A DNA stretch of 64,000 nucleotides from Narcine bancroftii (lineage: Eukaryota): the NCBI RefSeq assembly GCF_036971445.1, contig NW_027212023.1:124001-188000 (forward strand), read 5' to 3'. Positions 50,752 to 63,631 of this stretch are shown piece after piece. The stretch's first letter is position 1. The number at the start of each line of letters is the position of its first letter. A program made the position numbers and the translations under genes. Under the pieces are notes generated by a model, which searched no databases, was not told the origin of the DNA, and worked only from the letters and a program-made list of their open reading frames with translations.

Positions 50752-50859
50752 CTCCAATGGATAGACGATGGTCTGAGCAGTGACTCCTGCAAGAGATCCT
50801 GCTGCAAAGCGTTGATGGATATCCAGCTTGGTGTGGCTGTCGCTGAAAAGCCTCTTGTA
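50752..50859 (-). CDS. SCaMC-family carrier, next exon
   Basis: ttgaacAG acceptor and GAG|GTAGT donor, 108 nt; YKRLFSDSHTKLDIHQRFAAGSLAGVTAQTIVYPLE; absent from the ORF track. Confidence 0.92.
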
Positions 50860-51802
50860 CTGTTCAAAGATAGACAAAGGAACAGCGTCATTACTGGGGG
50901 AACATTCCTCTGTTCATTAATTTATAATTGCTTGGTTATGTCAACACCCTGTTGAAGTTATTAGACTTTTTGCTGAGGTTTGGGTCTTACAGAGGGCAGG
51001 AGACCAGAGACCAAGTCCTGCATGATTCCCTTGAACACAACCCACCCATCTTCCATCGCACTCTCACTTTTACCCCACCCCCAATGCCTACTCAGGTTGC
51101 TGGTTCAAAACCATGTACTACACCAGCCTGGTCAAATGGGCCTTTTCCAGAACTAGACAAAATAGAAACAGCAGATGGAATTTAATCCAGACAAGTGGTA
51201 CATTTTGGAAGAGGAAAGTATATAATAAGTGGCTTAACCTTCAGAGTATTAGTGTACAGATGGATTTCAGGGCATGTCCACATCTCCCTGAAGGTGGCAA
51301 CACAAGAATGTATGCCACTTGTTTGGCTTTATCTGTCATTTCGCTGAATATAAAAGTTGGAAAGTTGTATGGCAGCTATATAAAACTTTGATTAGGCTAC
51401 ATATGAAATATTGTGTGTAGTTCTAATCATTTCACAACAGGAAAGATGTGGAAGCTTTTGAGGCAGAAAAGGTTCACCAGGATCTCTTCATTCCTGATGA
51501 AGGGCTCAGGCCTAAACATCAACTGTAAAACACAAACATCCGTAGACACTGTGGTTGAAAAATGCTGGAGATACTCAGCAGGTCGAACAGTGTCCTTTAT
51601 ATAGCAAAGGTAAAAAAAAAATGTATTTTTATTTTGCTGTATAAAGGACAATTTGATCTGCTGAGTTTCTCCAGCATTGTGTTTTTACCGTGACGTCAAC
51701 TCTTTTACCCTTTATGGACGCTGCATGACCTGCTGTGTTGTTCCAGCACTTTAGCAAAGTTTTCTGTAGAAGGGTCCTTCCTGTGGTTATTGAGCCAATT
51801 AC

Positions 51803-51949
51803 CTTGTCGTACGCCAGAAACTTGATGCCGGTCTCGGGTGCTATTTTCATCACATTGACACCGTTGCCTCTCCAGAGTGAGGTGTAACCCCCCTCTTTCA
51901 CCATGGCCTTCAGGCTGCCCAGCAGATTGACACCTTTGGAATCATTGAC
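51803..51949 (-). CDS. SCaMC-family carrier, next exon
   Basis: AG/GT boundaries, 147 nt; [49 protein letters not shown]. Confidence 0.93.
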
Positions 51950-52003
51950 CTGGTGGAAGGAGAACTAGAACAGCTTTAAATTAAATAGCTTTTCTGATGC
52001 AGG

Positions 52004-52995
52004 TGTGACGGAGTATATAGATATATTTTGGGGAGATAAATTGGGAAAGGTTTGTTAGAGCAGGTTACATACAAACACTTTAAAACAGACCTTATTTAAA
52101 ATACTGGAGTTCTGCCCCATGCTAGACATTTCGGGGCCTCGGAGCTTTTTCAAGAGTTTTGGAGAGTGCTCAAGAGACTTCACTAATGGACTGTTGCTTA
52201 CAAAAGCAAAAGAATCTTGCTGGAGCTGCAGATTGTCTGTGGGAGAGCTTGCTGTTCTAAGGGGGTCATGCAGTTTTACAAGCAGAGAGAGTCAAACAGG
52301 CTTTCTCTCAGAGAGGGAGAGAGAGACCGAGAGATCACTTGTACAGTGTTACAGCAAGCAGAAGTCGCTGGGACTGAAATAGGACAAGCTGGCAAGCTTA
52401 CGGAAAGCCCATTTGGAAGACGGCCTGGTCAAAGCCCTTGTGGTTCATGCAAGAGGAGAGGACTGGCTATCTAATGTTTCACTCAGAGTAAGAGAAACAA
52501 AAAGGAAGTCTGTGGTGACCTGAAAGAAAGAGGCTATCATCTGGAGAACCCTGAAGGGGCCAGTTTCATCAGCAAGACATTGGAGGGGCTGATGGAAGTA
52601 CATCAGTTGTGGATGTCCTGGAACAACAAATCTCTCTCTGAAAACTGACAAGAGCCTTCCTGAGCAGTAACCATTTACCTTTCAAGCACCAAAGCCTGGT
52701 GAACTTTATCAATGTTAAATTCTGTACACGTATTAGAATTGCCTGCAACCAGTGAACTTGGAGGAATGAAAAGTGAGAATGGACTGTGAATCAAAACATT
52801 TCTGAACTTACACACACACGTGTGCTTAGAATTAGAAGGGGGTTAAGTTATGTTAAGTAAGTCAATAGAGATAAGTTAAAGTTTGATTCTGTTTTCATGT
52901 TTAAAGATAATTAAAAACAACTTTTGTTTAAGTAACCATTAGTCTTGGTAAATATCTATTGCTGCTGGGTTTATGGGTCCTCTGGACTCGTAACA
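52004..52995 (+). mobile_element. Approximately 1-kb LTR-like element (family B)
   Basis: TGTGACG...CGTAACA termini; 3' half homologous in inverted orientation to about 8819-9380; no clear TSD. Confidence 0.65.
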
Positions 52996-54173
52996 TGGGT
53001 TTGACATCTTTCTGGAACAATTTGATTTCTACTAGAAAAAATGGTTTAACTACATGATACCTCATGGGCCTGACCTTATTCAATGATTGTTGTTTTAAAA
53101 AAAAATCATTCCCTCCTTGTACATAGTATTCTCCTTTTTCTTGTTCTGTCTTTCTTATCTCCTTAAGTGTATACCTTAGATTAAATATTAGGTGGAAAAT
53201 CATGGCAAATATGAATATATGTATATTAGCTGAGATGCAGAGGGATTTCTTCAGCCAGAAGGTGACAAATCTGTGGAGTTTATTGCCACAGACGGTTGTA
53301 GCGGCCAAACCATTGGGTGTATTTAAGGGAGAGATTGATAGGTTCTTGATTAACCAGGGCATCAAAGGTTATGGGGAGAAGGCTGGGCAGAGGGGCTGAA
53401 TAACCCATTTCTGGTCCTATGTCTTATGGGTCTATTTAGGTGAGCATTTGAAATACTATGGCATAGGCAAATGGGATAGGTTTGGTTCACCAAGAAAGTC
53501 TGCAGATGCCAGGGTCAAGTGAAAACATTCTGGAGAAACTCAGCAGGTCACACACCATCCGTAGGAAGTAAAGGGTAACCAACAATTCGTCACATATAAG
53601 CCTGAATAGAAAGGTGGATGGGGGGGGGCGGAAGAGAGAGGGAGGGAGAGGAGTGAATGCTCAATGACCGGCATCTGCCAAATAACACGATGTCTTTATG
53701 ACTGTGTGAACATTGTCTTTGTTGCTAATGGAATTTGAATTGGAACAGTTTGCATCGTGGTTACTGCACCGGGGGCCTGGTTCAAATCCCGCACTATCTG
53801 TAAGCAGTTTGTACATTCTCCCACCATTTCAAAATGTTGTAGATCAATTGGGTGTAATTGGGTGGCATGGACTCATGAGCCAAAAGGGCCTGTTACCGTG
53901 CTGTATGTTTAAATTTAAATCTTGGTGCATCTGATGGCAGGACCACATCTGCAGCACTGCCTTGCTGATTTGTTCTTGTTTGAGGCAAGGATATATTTGT
54001 ATCGGAGGAAGTTTCCAGAAGGTTGATCCCTGAGATAAAGAAAGAGCATGATGCTCCAACTCACTGGAGAAGTGGCAGAATCTTGAGTCATAGCAGATTC
54101 AGAGGACTGACAGGTGAGGGGCTATGAGAATGAATTGAAGCTTGCACCAAGACTAACTTTTCCACGGTGATGC

Positions 54174-54400
54174 TGTGGTGGTACACCACTGGCCTACTGC
54201 AGGGGGCTACCTCTGTACCTGCAGGAGTGTAAGGGAACAGGACATCACCTGGCCGGCTGCCAATCAGTCATCCTGAAGGGATCAAGCCCCACCCGGTCGG
54301 GCGTCAATCACCCTGCACCTGCCTCCTGAAGCTCACTCAGAGTTACTGCAGCTACAGCCAGCCTGACTCTGTGGAAGTCTCTGGCTAACAGCACACCACA
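54174..54400 (+). mobile_element. Solo LTR (family A)
   Basis: TGTGGTG...CACCACA termini, near-TSD GATGC/AATGC; homologous to 12054-12312. Confidence 0.85.
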
Positions 54401-54401
54401 A

Positions 54402-57322
54402 ATGCAGGACTGTGTTTGCGCAATGATGCCATGGACGGGAGAGGAGGGAGAGATCCAGGACTGTTTGCACAGTGATGCTGTGGACGGGAGAGATGCAGGA
54501 CTGTGTTTGCGCAGTGACGCTGTGGACGGGAGAGATACAGGACTGTGTTTGCGCAGTGACGCTGTGGACGGGAGAGATGCAGGACTGTGTTTGCGTAGTG
54601 ACGCTGTGGACGGGAGAGATGCAGGACTGTGTTTGCGCAGTGAAGCTGTGGACGGGAGAGATGCAGGACTGTGTTTGTGCAGTGTTGCTGTGGACGGGAG
54701 AGATGCAGGACTGTGTTTGTGCAGTGTTGCTGTAAACGAGAGAGATTCAGGACTGTGATTGCGCAGTGACGCTGTGGACGGGAGAGATGCAGGACTGTGT
54801 TTGCGCAGTGACGCTGTGGACGGGAGAGATGCAGGACTGTGTTTGCGCAGTGACGCTGTGGACGGGAGAGATGCAGGACTGTGTTTGCGCAGTGAAGCTG
54901 TGGACGGGAGAGATGCAGGACTGTGTTTGTGCAGTGTTGCTGTGGACGGGAGAGATGCAGGACTGTGTGCAGTGTTGCTGTAGACGAGAGAGATGCAGGA
55001 CTGTGTTTGCGCAGTGTTGCTGTAGACGAGAGAGATGCAGGACTGTGTTTGCGCAGTGTTGCTGTGGACGGGAGAGATGCAGGACTGTGTTTGCGCAGTG
55101 ACGCTGTGGACGGGAGAGATGCAGGACTGTGTTTGCGCAGTGACGCTGTGGACGGGAGAGATGCAGGACTGTGTTTGCGCAGTGACGCTGTGGACGGGAG
55201 AGATGCAGGACTGTGTTTGCGCAGTGACGCTGTGGACGGGAGAGATGCAGGACTGTGTTTGCGCAGTGACGCAGTGGACGGGAGAGATGCAGGACTGTGT
55301 TTGCGCAGTGACGCAGTGGACGGGAGAGATGCAGGACTGTGTTTGCGCAGTGACGCAGTGGACGGGAGAGATACAGGACTGTGTTTGCGCAGTGACGCAG
55401 TGGACGGGAGAGATGCAGGACTGTGTTTGCGCAGTGTTGCTGTGGACGGGAGAGATGCAGGACTGTGTTTGCGCAGTGACGCTGTGGACGGGAGAGATGC
55501 AGGACTGTGTTTGCGCAGTGACGCTGTGGACGGGAGAGATGCAGGACTGTGTTTGCGCAGTGACGCTGTGGACGGGAGAGATGCAGGACTGTGTTTGCGC
55601 AGTGACGCAGTGGACGGGAGAGATGCAGGACTGTGTTTGCGCAGTGACGCAGTGGACGGGAGAGATGCAGGACTGTGTTTGCGCAGTGACGCAGTGGACG
55701 GGAGAGATGCAGGACTGTGTTTGCGCAGTGACGCAGTGGACGGGAGAGATGCAGGACTGTGTTTGCGCAGTGACGCAGTGGACGGGAGAGATGCAGGACT
55801 GTGTTTGCGCAGTGACGCAGTGGACGGGAGAGATGCAGGACTGTGTTTGCGCAGTGACGCAGTGGACGGGAGAGATGCAGGACTGTGTTTGCGCAGTGAC
55901 GCAGTGGACGGGAGAGATGCAGGACTGTGTTTGCGCAGTGACGCAGTGGACGGGAGAGATGCAGGACTGTGTTTGCGCAGTGACGCTGTGGACGGGAGAG
56001 ATGCAGGACTGTGTTTGCGCAGTGACGCAGTGGACGCGAGAGATGCAGGACTGTGTTTGCGCAGTGACGCTGTGGACGGGAGAGATGCAGGACTGTGTTT
56101 GCGCAGTGACGCAGTGGACGGGAGAGATGCAGGACTGTGTTTGCGCAGTGACGCAGTGGACGGGAGAGATGCAGGACTGTGTTTGCGCAGTGACGCAGTG
56201 GACGGGAGAGATGCAGGACTGTGTTTGCGCAGTGACGCAGTGGACGGGAGAGATGCAGGACTGTGTTTGCGCAGTGACGCAGTGGACGGGAGAGATGCAG
56301 GACTGTGTTTGCGCAGTGACGCAGTGGACGGGAGAGATGCAGGACTGTGTTTGCGCAGTGACGCAGTGGACGGGAGAGATGCAGGACTGTGTTTGCGCAG
56401 TGACGCAGTGGACGGGAGAGATGCAGGACTGTGTTTGCGCAGTGACGCAGTGGACGGGAGAGATGCAGGACTGTGTTTGCGCAGTGACGCTGTGGACGGG
56501 AGAGATGCAGGACTGTGTTTGCGCAGTGACGCTGTGGACGGGAGAGATGCAGGACTGTGTTTGCGCAGTGACGCTGTGGACGGGAGAGATGCAGGACTGT
56601 GTTTGCGCAGTGACGCTGTGGACGGGAGAGATGCAGGACTGTGTTTGCGCAGTGACGCTGTTGACGGGAGAGGTGCAGGACTGTGTTTGCGCAGTGACGC
56701 TGTGGACGGGAGAGATGCAGGACTGTGTTTGCTCAGTGACGCTGTGGACGGGAGAGATGCAGGACTGTGTTTGCGCAGTGACGCTGTGGACGGGAGAGGT
56801 GCAGGACTGTGTTTGCGCAGTGACGCTGTGGACGGGAGAGATGCAGGACTGTGTTTGCGCAGTGACGCAGTGGACGGGAGAGATGCAGGACTGTGTTTGC
56901 GCAGTGACGCAGTGGACGGGAGAGATGCAGGACTGTGTTTGCGCAGTGACGCTGTGGACGGGAGAGATGCAGGACTGTGTTTGCGCAGTGACGCTGTGGA
57001 CGGGAGAGATGCAGGACTGTGTTTGCGCAGTGACGCAGTGGACGGGAGAGGTGCAGGACTGTGTTTGCGCAGTGACGCAGTGGACGGGAGAGGTGCAGGA
57101 CTGTGTTTGCGCAGTGACGCTGTGGACGGGAGAGAAGCAGGACTGTGTTTGCGCAGTGACGCAGTGGACGGGAGAGGTGCAGGACTGTGTTTGCGCAGTG
57201 ACGCTGTGGACGGGAGAGATGCAGGACTGTGTTTGCGCAGTGACGCTGTTGACGGGAGAGGTGCAGGACTGTGTTTGCGCAGTGATGCTGTGGATGGGAG
57301 AGGTGGGAGAGATGCAGGACTG
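54402..57322. repeat. 42-bp minisatellite, about 70 copies
   Basis: Unit GATGCAGGACTGTGTTTGCGCAGTGACGC(T/A)GTGGACGGGAGA; 14-aa periodicity in the ORF track. Confidence 0.97.
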
Positions 57323-57853
57323 TGAAGGGCTCAGACCCAACCCAAACCTCCTGTGCATGCTGTTAGACCAGCTGAGTTCCTCAAGCATTTCTGTGTGTTT
57401 TGTCGACATTCACAGCATCTGCAGACTTTTGTGTTTCACTCCAATGTCTAATACAATGCTGTACTGCAATGTTTTGGTACCATAATGCATGTTGCTCTAA
57501 TGTTGAGGCATTGTAATGCACATGGTAAAGTCTAGTTGCAGCGTGTTTGTTGTGGCCTTTGGAGATGAAGTGATAAAGGGCCGGACAACCTCCTGCTGGG
57601 CCATCAGGTTCTAAACCACTCACAGTGAGCTGAGAGGTGCATTGTTCACATCACCCAACTAGTCAAGTGTGGCATCAAATAGCGGTGACATTTTCCTGTT
57701 ATGTGGAAAACTTTGAAGTTATTTGATTTGGAGGTGTCCATCGCTCAGATCAGTGATGCGTTAGGTATCTGTAGACCGTGTGGTGGGACAGAAATTTGGA
57801 AATTTTAAGTTTAGGCCTACAACTCAGTAACAAGCCCTTCTGAACCACCAGCC

Positions 57854-58098
57854 TGTAGTGATATGTTTTCTCCTTGTACATTATTCCTGACATGTGTGCT
57901 GTTGTATGTATGAGGCCGGCCTGCCACTAGTGACTCATCTCCTATGTCTCCTCCCCTTATGACCTGGCCAAAAAGGTCGACCTCCCTCCCACCCCTCCGG
58001 CATTCCTGTACCTGCATCCGGGCCAGCCAAAGTCCAATGTTTATTAAAGCCTATCATTCCCGTGCTCTCGACTTTGTGGTTATTGATAGAGCCTATCA
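57854..58098 (+). mobile_element. Solo LTR (family C) inserted into a SINE
   Basis: TG...CA ends, 5-bp TSD CAGCC (57849-57853 and 58099-58103), ATTAAA near the 3' end; interrupts a minus-strand SINE. Confidence 0.75.
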
Positions 58099-58619
58099 CA
58101 GCCCTTATCATCCAATTACACCCTATTGACCTACAGCCCCCAAGTACATTATGAAGGGTGGGAGGAAACCCATGCAGACACGGGGAGAATACAAACTCCT
58201 AACCGACAACATCAGATTCAAACCCAGGTTGCTGGCACTGTAACAGTGTTGCACTAACCGTGTCATATCTTGGGTGTCCAGGCAAGAAAGAAAGAAAAAA
58301 AAAACCTAGCACCTTTTTCCCGGGTGACAATAGCATATACCAGAGGGCATCTGTTTAAGTCGAGTGGAGAAAAGTTTGGGGGAGACTTCAGTGGCCAGAT
58401 TTGTTACACAGAGAGTGATGGGTGCCTGGAATACAATCCGTTGTACTTAATGCTTTGACCATGGCATGCTGTGTGCCTTCTTCAACCCTCCCTCGCCACC
58501 CCCCCCCCCCCGTCCCTCTCTGATCCATTTGTGAGGGGAATGGATCACATGCCTACCTCCCTGCTCCTACTCACACCTAGCATCACCATGTTTGTGCTGG
58601 GAAGCAAACTTCAAGGGGA

Positions 58620-59560
58620 ACCACAAAGATCACAGTCAGTACAAACTGGAAACAACATCTCCTCCTCACTGATCATCAACACGGGTGCACCCCAAGGATG
58701 TGTGCTTAGCCCACTGCTCTACTCGCTATACATCCATGAGTGTGGCCAGGCACAATTCTAATACTAACTACCAGTTTGCAGATGACACCACAGTTGTCGA
58801 CAGAATCACAAACGGCTATGAGGAGGCATGTAGGAGGGAGATAGATCAGCTCGTTGAATGGTGTAGCAACAACAAAACCAAGGAGATGATTGTGAACTTC
58901 AGGAGGAAGTCAGGGAACACGAGACAAACCTCATCGAGGGCTCAGTAGTGGAGGGGGTCAAGAACTTCAAATTCCTGGGTGTCAACATCTCCGAGGATCT
59001 ATCCTGGATGCAATTATGAAGCTTGCTAGCAGCTATACTAGGTGAGGTGTCTGAGGAGAATTGATATATCACCAAAGACTCTCGTAAACTTCCACAGGTC
59101 GACCGTGGAGAGCACTCTGGCTGGTTGTGTCACCGCCTGGTGTGGAGGCGCCAACTATCAGGACAAGAATGAACTCCAGGGGGTTGCTAACTCGGCCTGC
59201 GACATCACAGGCCCCAGACCTCACTCCATCGAGGACGTTTACATGAGGCAGTGACTTAAAAAAGCAGCCTCTATCCTCAAAGACCCCCGCCACCCAAGCC
59301 ATGCCCTCTTCACTCTGCTACCGTCGGGGAAAAGGTACAGAAGCTAAAGCCGAGCTCTCAGCTCTACAAGGACCGCTTCTTCCCCCTCCGCCATCACATT
59401 CCTGAATAATCAATGAACCAAAATTACTGCCTTACTTTTCATAGTTTTTAATTTTTTTATAATAATGTCGTAAAATAGTTATAATATGAATGTTTACGCT
59501 GTGATGCTGCCTCAAAACATCGAACATCGTGACTTGTTCATGAAATTAAATTCTGATTCT
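58620..59560 (+). mobile_element. Rex1/Babar-type LINE fragment
   Basis: TGAPQGCVLSPLLYSLY, QFADDTT and FKFLGVNISEDLSW; TCTGA tail repeats. Confidence 0.85.
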
Positions 59561-59679
59561 GAACTGCTGAGCCCTGAGCTGTTGATGCTCCCCATGCAAT
59601 GGGGTGGAACGGTTATAGCGCCAGCAACCTGAGTCCAAATCAGCGCTGTCCAAGTCGGTGTCCAAACTCTGGGAGACGA

Positions 59680-60310
59680 TGCTGCGCGGGCTTTCAACAA
59701 TGTGAAGACCGTGCTTGCAAATGCCACAATGCTTGTACAATGCGCCTTGCTCGCTCAGCCACAGATGCATCTGTCAGTGCGGTGGGAGCAGTGTTAGAAC
59801 AATGAGTCTGTGGGCAGTTGGAACCTCTAGTGGGTTTTTCAGCCAAGCTACCAGCTCAGGCCAAGTATAGAATGGTTGGTCGACAACTCTTGGGCCATCT
59901 ATCTCGCAGTGAAACATTTCCGCTTTTTATTGGAGAGTCATCCTTTCACCATTTATGCAGACCACCGGCCTCTTCCGAATACTGCGATACAAGCACACAT
60001 CTCGACTCGTGTTCCTCTGGCATGAAGCTGTGTGCAAACCACTTCAGCCCATTTACAATGGTCCTCTTCAGGTCTTACAATGCCACCCAAAGGGTTTTGT
60101 GACCGACAGAAGTGGAATAGTTGATGTGGTTTCTTTCGACAGGTTCAAGCGGCCGTATAGCGACATGTTCTGAGTCGGAGGACAAGTTGCACCCTTGCCA
60201 GTTGGACCGTGCCTCACCTGTCTCGTACAAGGTCAGGCCAAACTGTCAGCCCTCCAGACTGTTACATAGCAGGACAGTTGCCTCCTCGTTAGCTCGGAGG
60301 CGGTGGGGGG
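59680..60310 (+). mobile_element. Degenerate Gypsy pol fragment (RNase H and integrase tail, PPT-like G run)
   Basis: ATDASVSAVGAVLEQ; PLQPIYNGP...VSFDRFK; related to the 34-40 kb element. Confidence 0.75.
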
Positions 60311-60559
60311 GCTCCACCACAGCCCTATGACTCGTGGAGACAGCTCCTCCCACGTTCCTTGGCACCTCCCATAAACTGTCAGGCAGACGAAGGAAAGCTA
60401 AGGGGACCCTGCAGGTCATGTACTTATCTTCGTCGGGAGGAAGAGAGTGAGAGTGCCAGGATCAACCATGAGGTAGTGAGCCAATGAGAAGGTCAGAGGG
60501 GTTTAGCCTGGGGGTGTTGAATGATCCAATGTTGTGTCTAGTGAATTATGCAGAAAGTC

Positions 60560-61240
60560 GACATTTATGATGTACTGAAAGAAACAAGTGAGTGTATTCT
60601 TTATTTGTTTCAAAGCTGTGATAAATAAGTATATCAAAGATGTACTGTATTCCCGATGTTTCCGCCCTGAGCCCTTCCTCAAGATACAAATGAAAAAAAA
60701 CAGGTGTCCAATTTAAATGCTGGGAACAGAAAGGGAGAACAATGGGAGGGGTGAGTCCAGAGCAACAGACAAAAGGTGTTAATTGGAATGATATGAGGAA
60801 AGGTGAGAATTGATTTGTGAAAGGGAGGAGAGAGAGAAACGAGGAGAGAGCTAAAGAGACAGGGGAAGAAGATGAGAGAGTGCGGGGGATATTACAGAAA
60901 CCGGAGAAGTCTATGTAAATGCCATTCAATTGGAAGGTGCCCAGATGGAAGATGAGGTGTTGTTCTTCCAATTTGTGGGTGTCCTCAGTCTGGCAGTGCA
61001 TGAGACCATGGATAGACATGCCAACAAGGGAATTGAAATGGGTGGCCACTGGGAGATCCATGCTTTTGCGGCAGACAGAGCCAAGATGCACAACAAAGCG
61101 ATCTCTCAGTCTGCGACCAGTCTCTCAAATGTAGAGGAGACCACAGCGGGAGCTCCGGATGTAATAGATGACCCCTGCAGATCAACAAGTGAAATGTTTC
61201 TTCAGTTGGAAGGGCTGTTTGGGGCCCTGAATGGAACCAG
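60560..61240 (-). mobile_element. Penelope-like element, 3' fragment (GIY-YIG endonuclease end and pLTR)
   Basis: DLPVATHFNS...KLEEQHLIFHLGTFQLNGIYIDFS, followed by the ttgaggaagggctcagggcggaaac motif. Confidence 0.75.
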
Positions 61241-63337
61241 ACCCCTGCCTGGTCCCTAGCACACGTGGCTACACAGCACCTGAACTACCTGAACCAGCGC
61301 ACATTGTGTGATGCCCGCACTGGTAAGCGCTGACAGGAAAGTGCACAGAGGACTGTGAGCTCCACCACAGCCCTGTGACTCATGGAGACAGCTCCTCCCA
61401 TGTTCCTTGGCACCTCCCATAAACTGTCAGGCAGACGAAGGAAAGCTAAGGGGACCCAGCAGGTCAGACAGCATCCATGGAGGGAAAAGGACAAACAACA
61501 TTTCAGTTGGGCACTTTACTCCATGACTTAAAAATCCCAGCTCAAAGTGTTGCTCCGCGGAGGCTGCTTAACCCACTGAGTCACTGTCTGCTCTTGTGCT
61601 TCTCTTCAGGAGTGAACTCAGGTTCACCATCTTATCGTGCCTCTGGATAACCTGTGACAGCATCTCAAACCCTCCCTGTGACTCGGTACGAAGAGCCCCA
61701 GACCAGATGTAGACTGCCAATGCCTGGTGTAACCCCCTCCCTGTGTCACATATCTATCTGATCAATCTCATTTATCCCTTCCCCCCCCACCCCCCTTAGG
61801 GGAGGGGGTGGGGTCAAGAGTTATAATTGCTCATCTAGTCAGGGTGCCAATTGACAAGTTGCTTAATTAAATTTATAATTATGTGAAATGTTATTTACAG
61901 CATTTGTAGAAGCTGATTACAACCATTGACACTGTGCCACCCAATTACATTAACCTACAATTCCATGCATTTTGGAAGGTGGGAGGAAATTGGAGTACCC
62001 GGAGAGAGCATTCAAGCTCCTTGCAGACAGAGCTGGGTTTGAGCTGCCTTGTAACAGCCCTTGATTTTTGCTGGCAGTGTCGGATGAATCAGGTGTTCAA
62101 CACCGCTCCATTGGGAGGCTGCAGTTCCGTCCTGTGGATGTTCACCAGGAACTCTCGCTGATTTTCATGGCGCTATCTTTCACAGTTCGGGCCAGGGATG
62201 TGGAGAGAAAGGCGCCAGTGATATGGCCAGTTGGGCGAGGATTTGGGCGTGGACTCGACATTTCACAAGATCACAAGGCATCAGAGCAGAAGTAGGTCCA
62301 TGGAGCCTGCTCTGTTATTCTCTCATGAGCTGATCCATCCTCCCACTCAGCCCTACTCCCTGGCCTTCTCATTTCCCCACCACCCACTAACCCTTTGTGC
62401 CATGACTAATCAAATTCCTGTCAATCTCTTCCAACAATGTCGCTTCCACAAGCAACAAGTTCCACAGATCGCGATCCTCTGGCTAAAGAAATTCTTCCAC
62501 GTCTGTTTTAAATTGACACCCTTTTTTTCTGAAGCTGTGTTCTCTTGTCCTAGACTCCCCTCCATGGGGAAATATCCTTGCCACTCTGTCCAGGCCTTTC
62601 ACTATTTGAAATGTCTCTGTGAGGTTCCCTCCCCCCCCCCATCCCTCTGTACTCCAACAAGCCGATGAACATTCCTCGTATTCTAATCCTTCATTCCTGA
62701 TGTCATTCTAGTAAATCTTCTCTGAACCCTCTCCAATGCCAGCACGTCTTTTCTCGAATAAGGCGCCCAAAACTGTACACAGTGAGTTCTCACCAGTGAG
62801 TCATATTATATCCCTGCTCTTATATGCTATTCCTCAAGAAATGAATGCCAATATTTCATTTGCCTTCTTCTCCACTATACTTCATACAGGACAATGATCT
62901 GCACCAGCTGGTCTTTAGCACCTTTCAGCAAGCCCCTCTCCACCGACCCGTACAGTGAGAGTGTCAGTTACAAGGTCCACGTTGACACCCGAGCATGGTT
63001 CTCTGGGCCCTAAGGCTGCAGGGAATGGAGGGGCTGTGCAAGTCCAGAGTTAAATGGGAAAATCTGCAGATGGTGGGCTCCAGTGCATTGCACAAGCATG
63101 CCGGAGAAACTCAGCAGGCCACACAGCATCCGGAGGTAATAAAAGGTAACAGAAGTTTTGGACCTGAGCCCTTCGTCAAGTCAAGGTGCAGGTCACCAGT
63201 CCCGAAACATTGGTTACTGTTTACTTCCTCTGGATGCTGTGTGACCTGCTGAGTTTCTCCAGCGTGTTTGGTTTAGGTTAGCGAGAAATGCTGGACCAAA
63301 GGCCCTGGTTCTCGGCTGTGTGAGATGCTGTGTTCTA

Positions 63338-63631
<294 letters not shown>

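Noticed and set aside
12054-54400. Two family-A LTRs as the ends of one 42-kb element
   Set aside because: Each has its own different TSD, so they are independent solo LTRs
54308-57485. 800-1033 aa ORFs on both strands, and a CRISPR-like regular array
   Set aside because: By-product of a stop-poor 42-bp tandem unit inside an intron; no unique spacers and no cas genes
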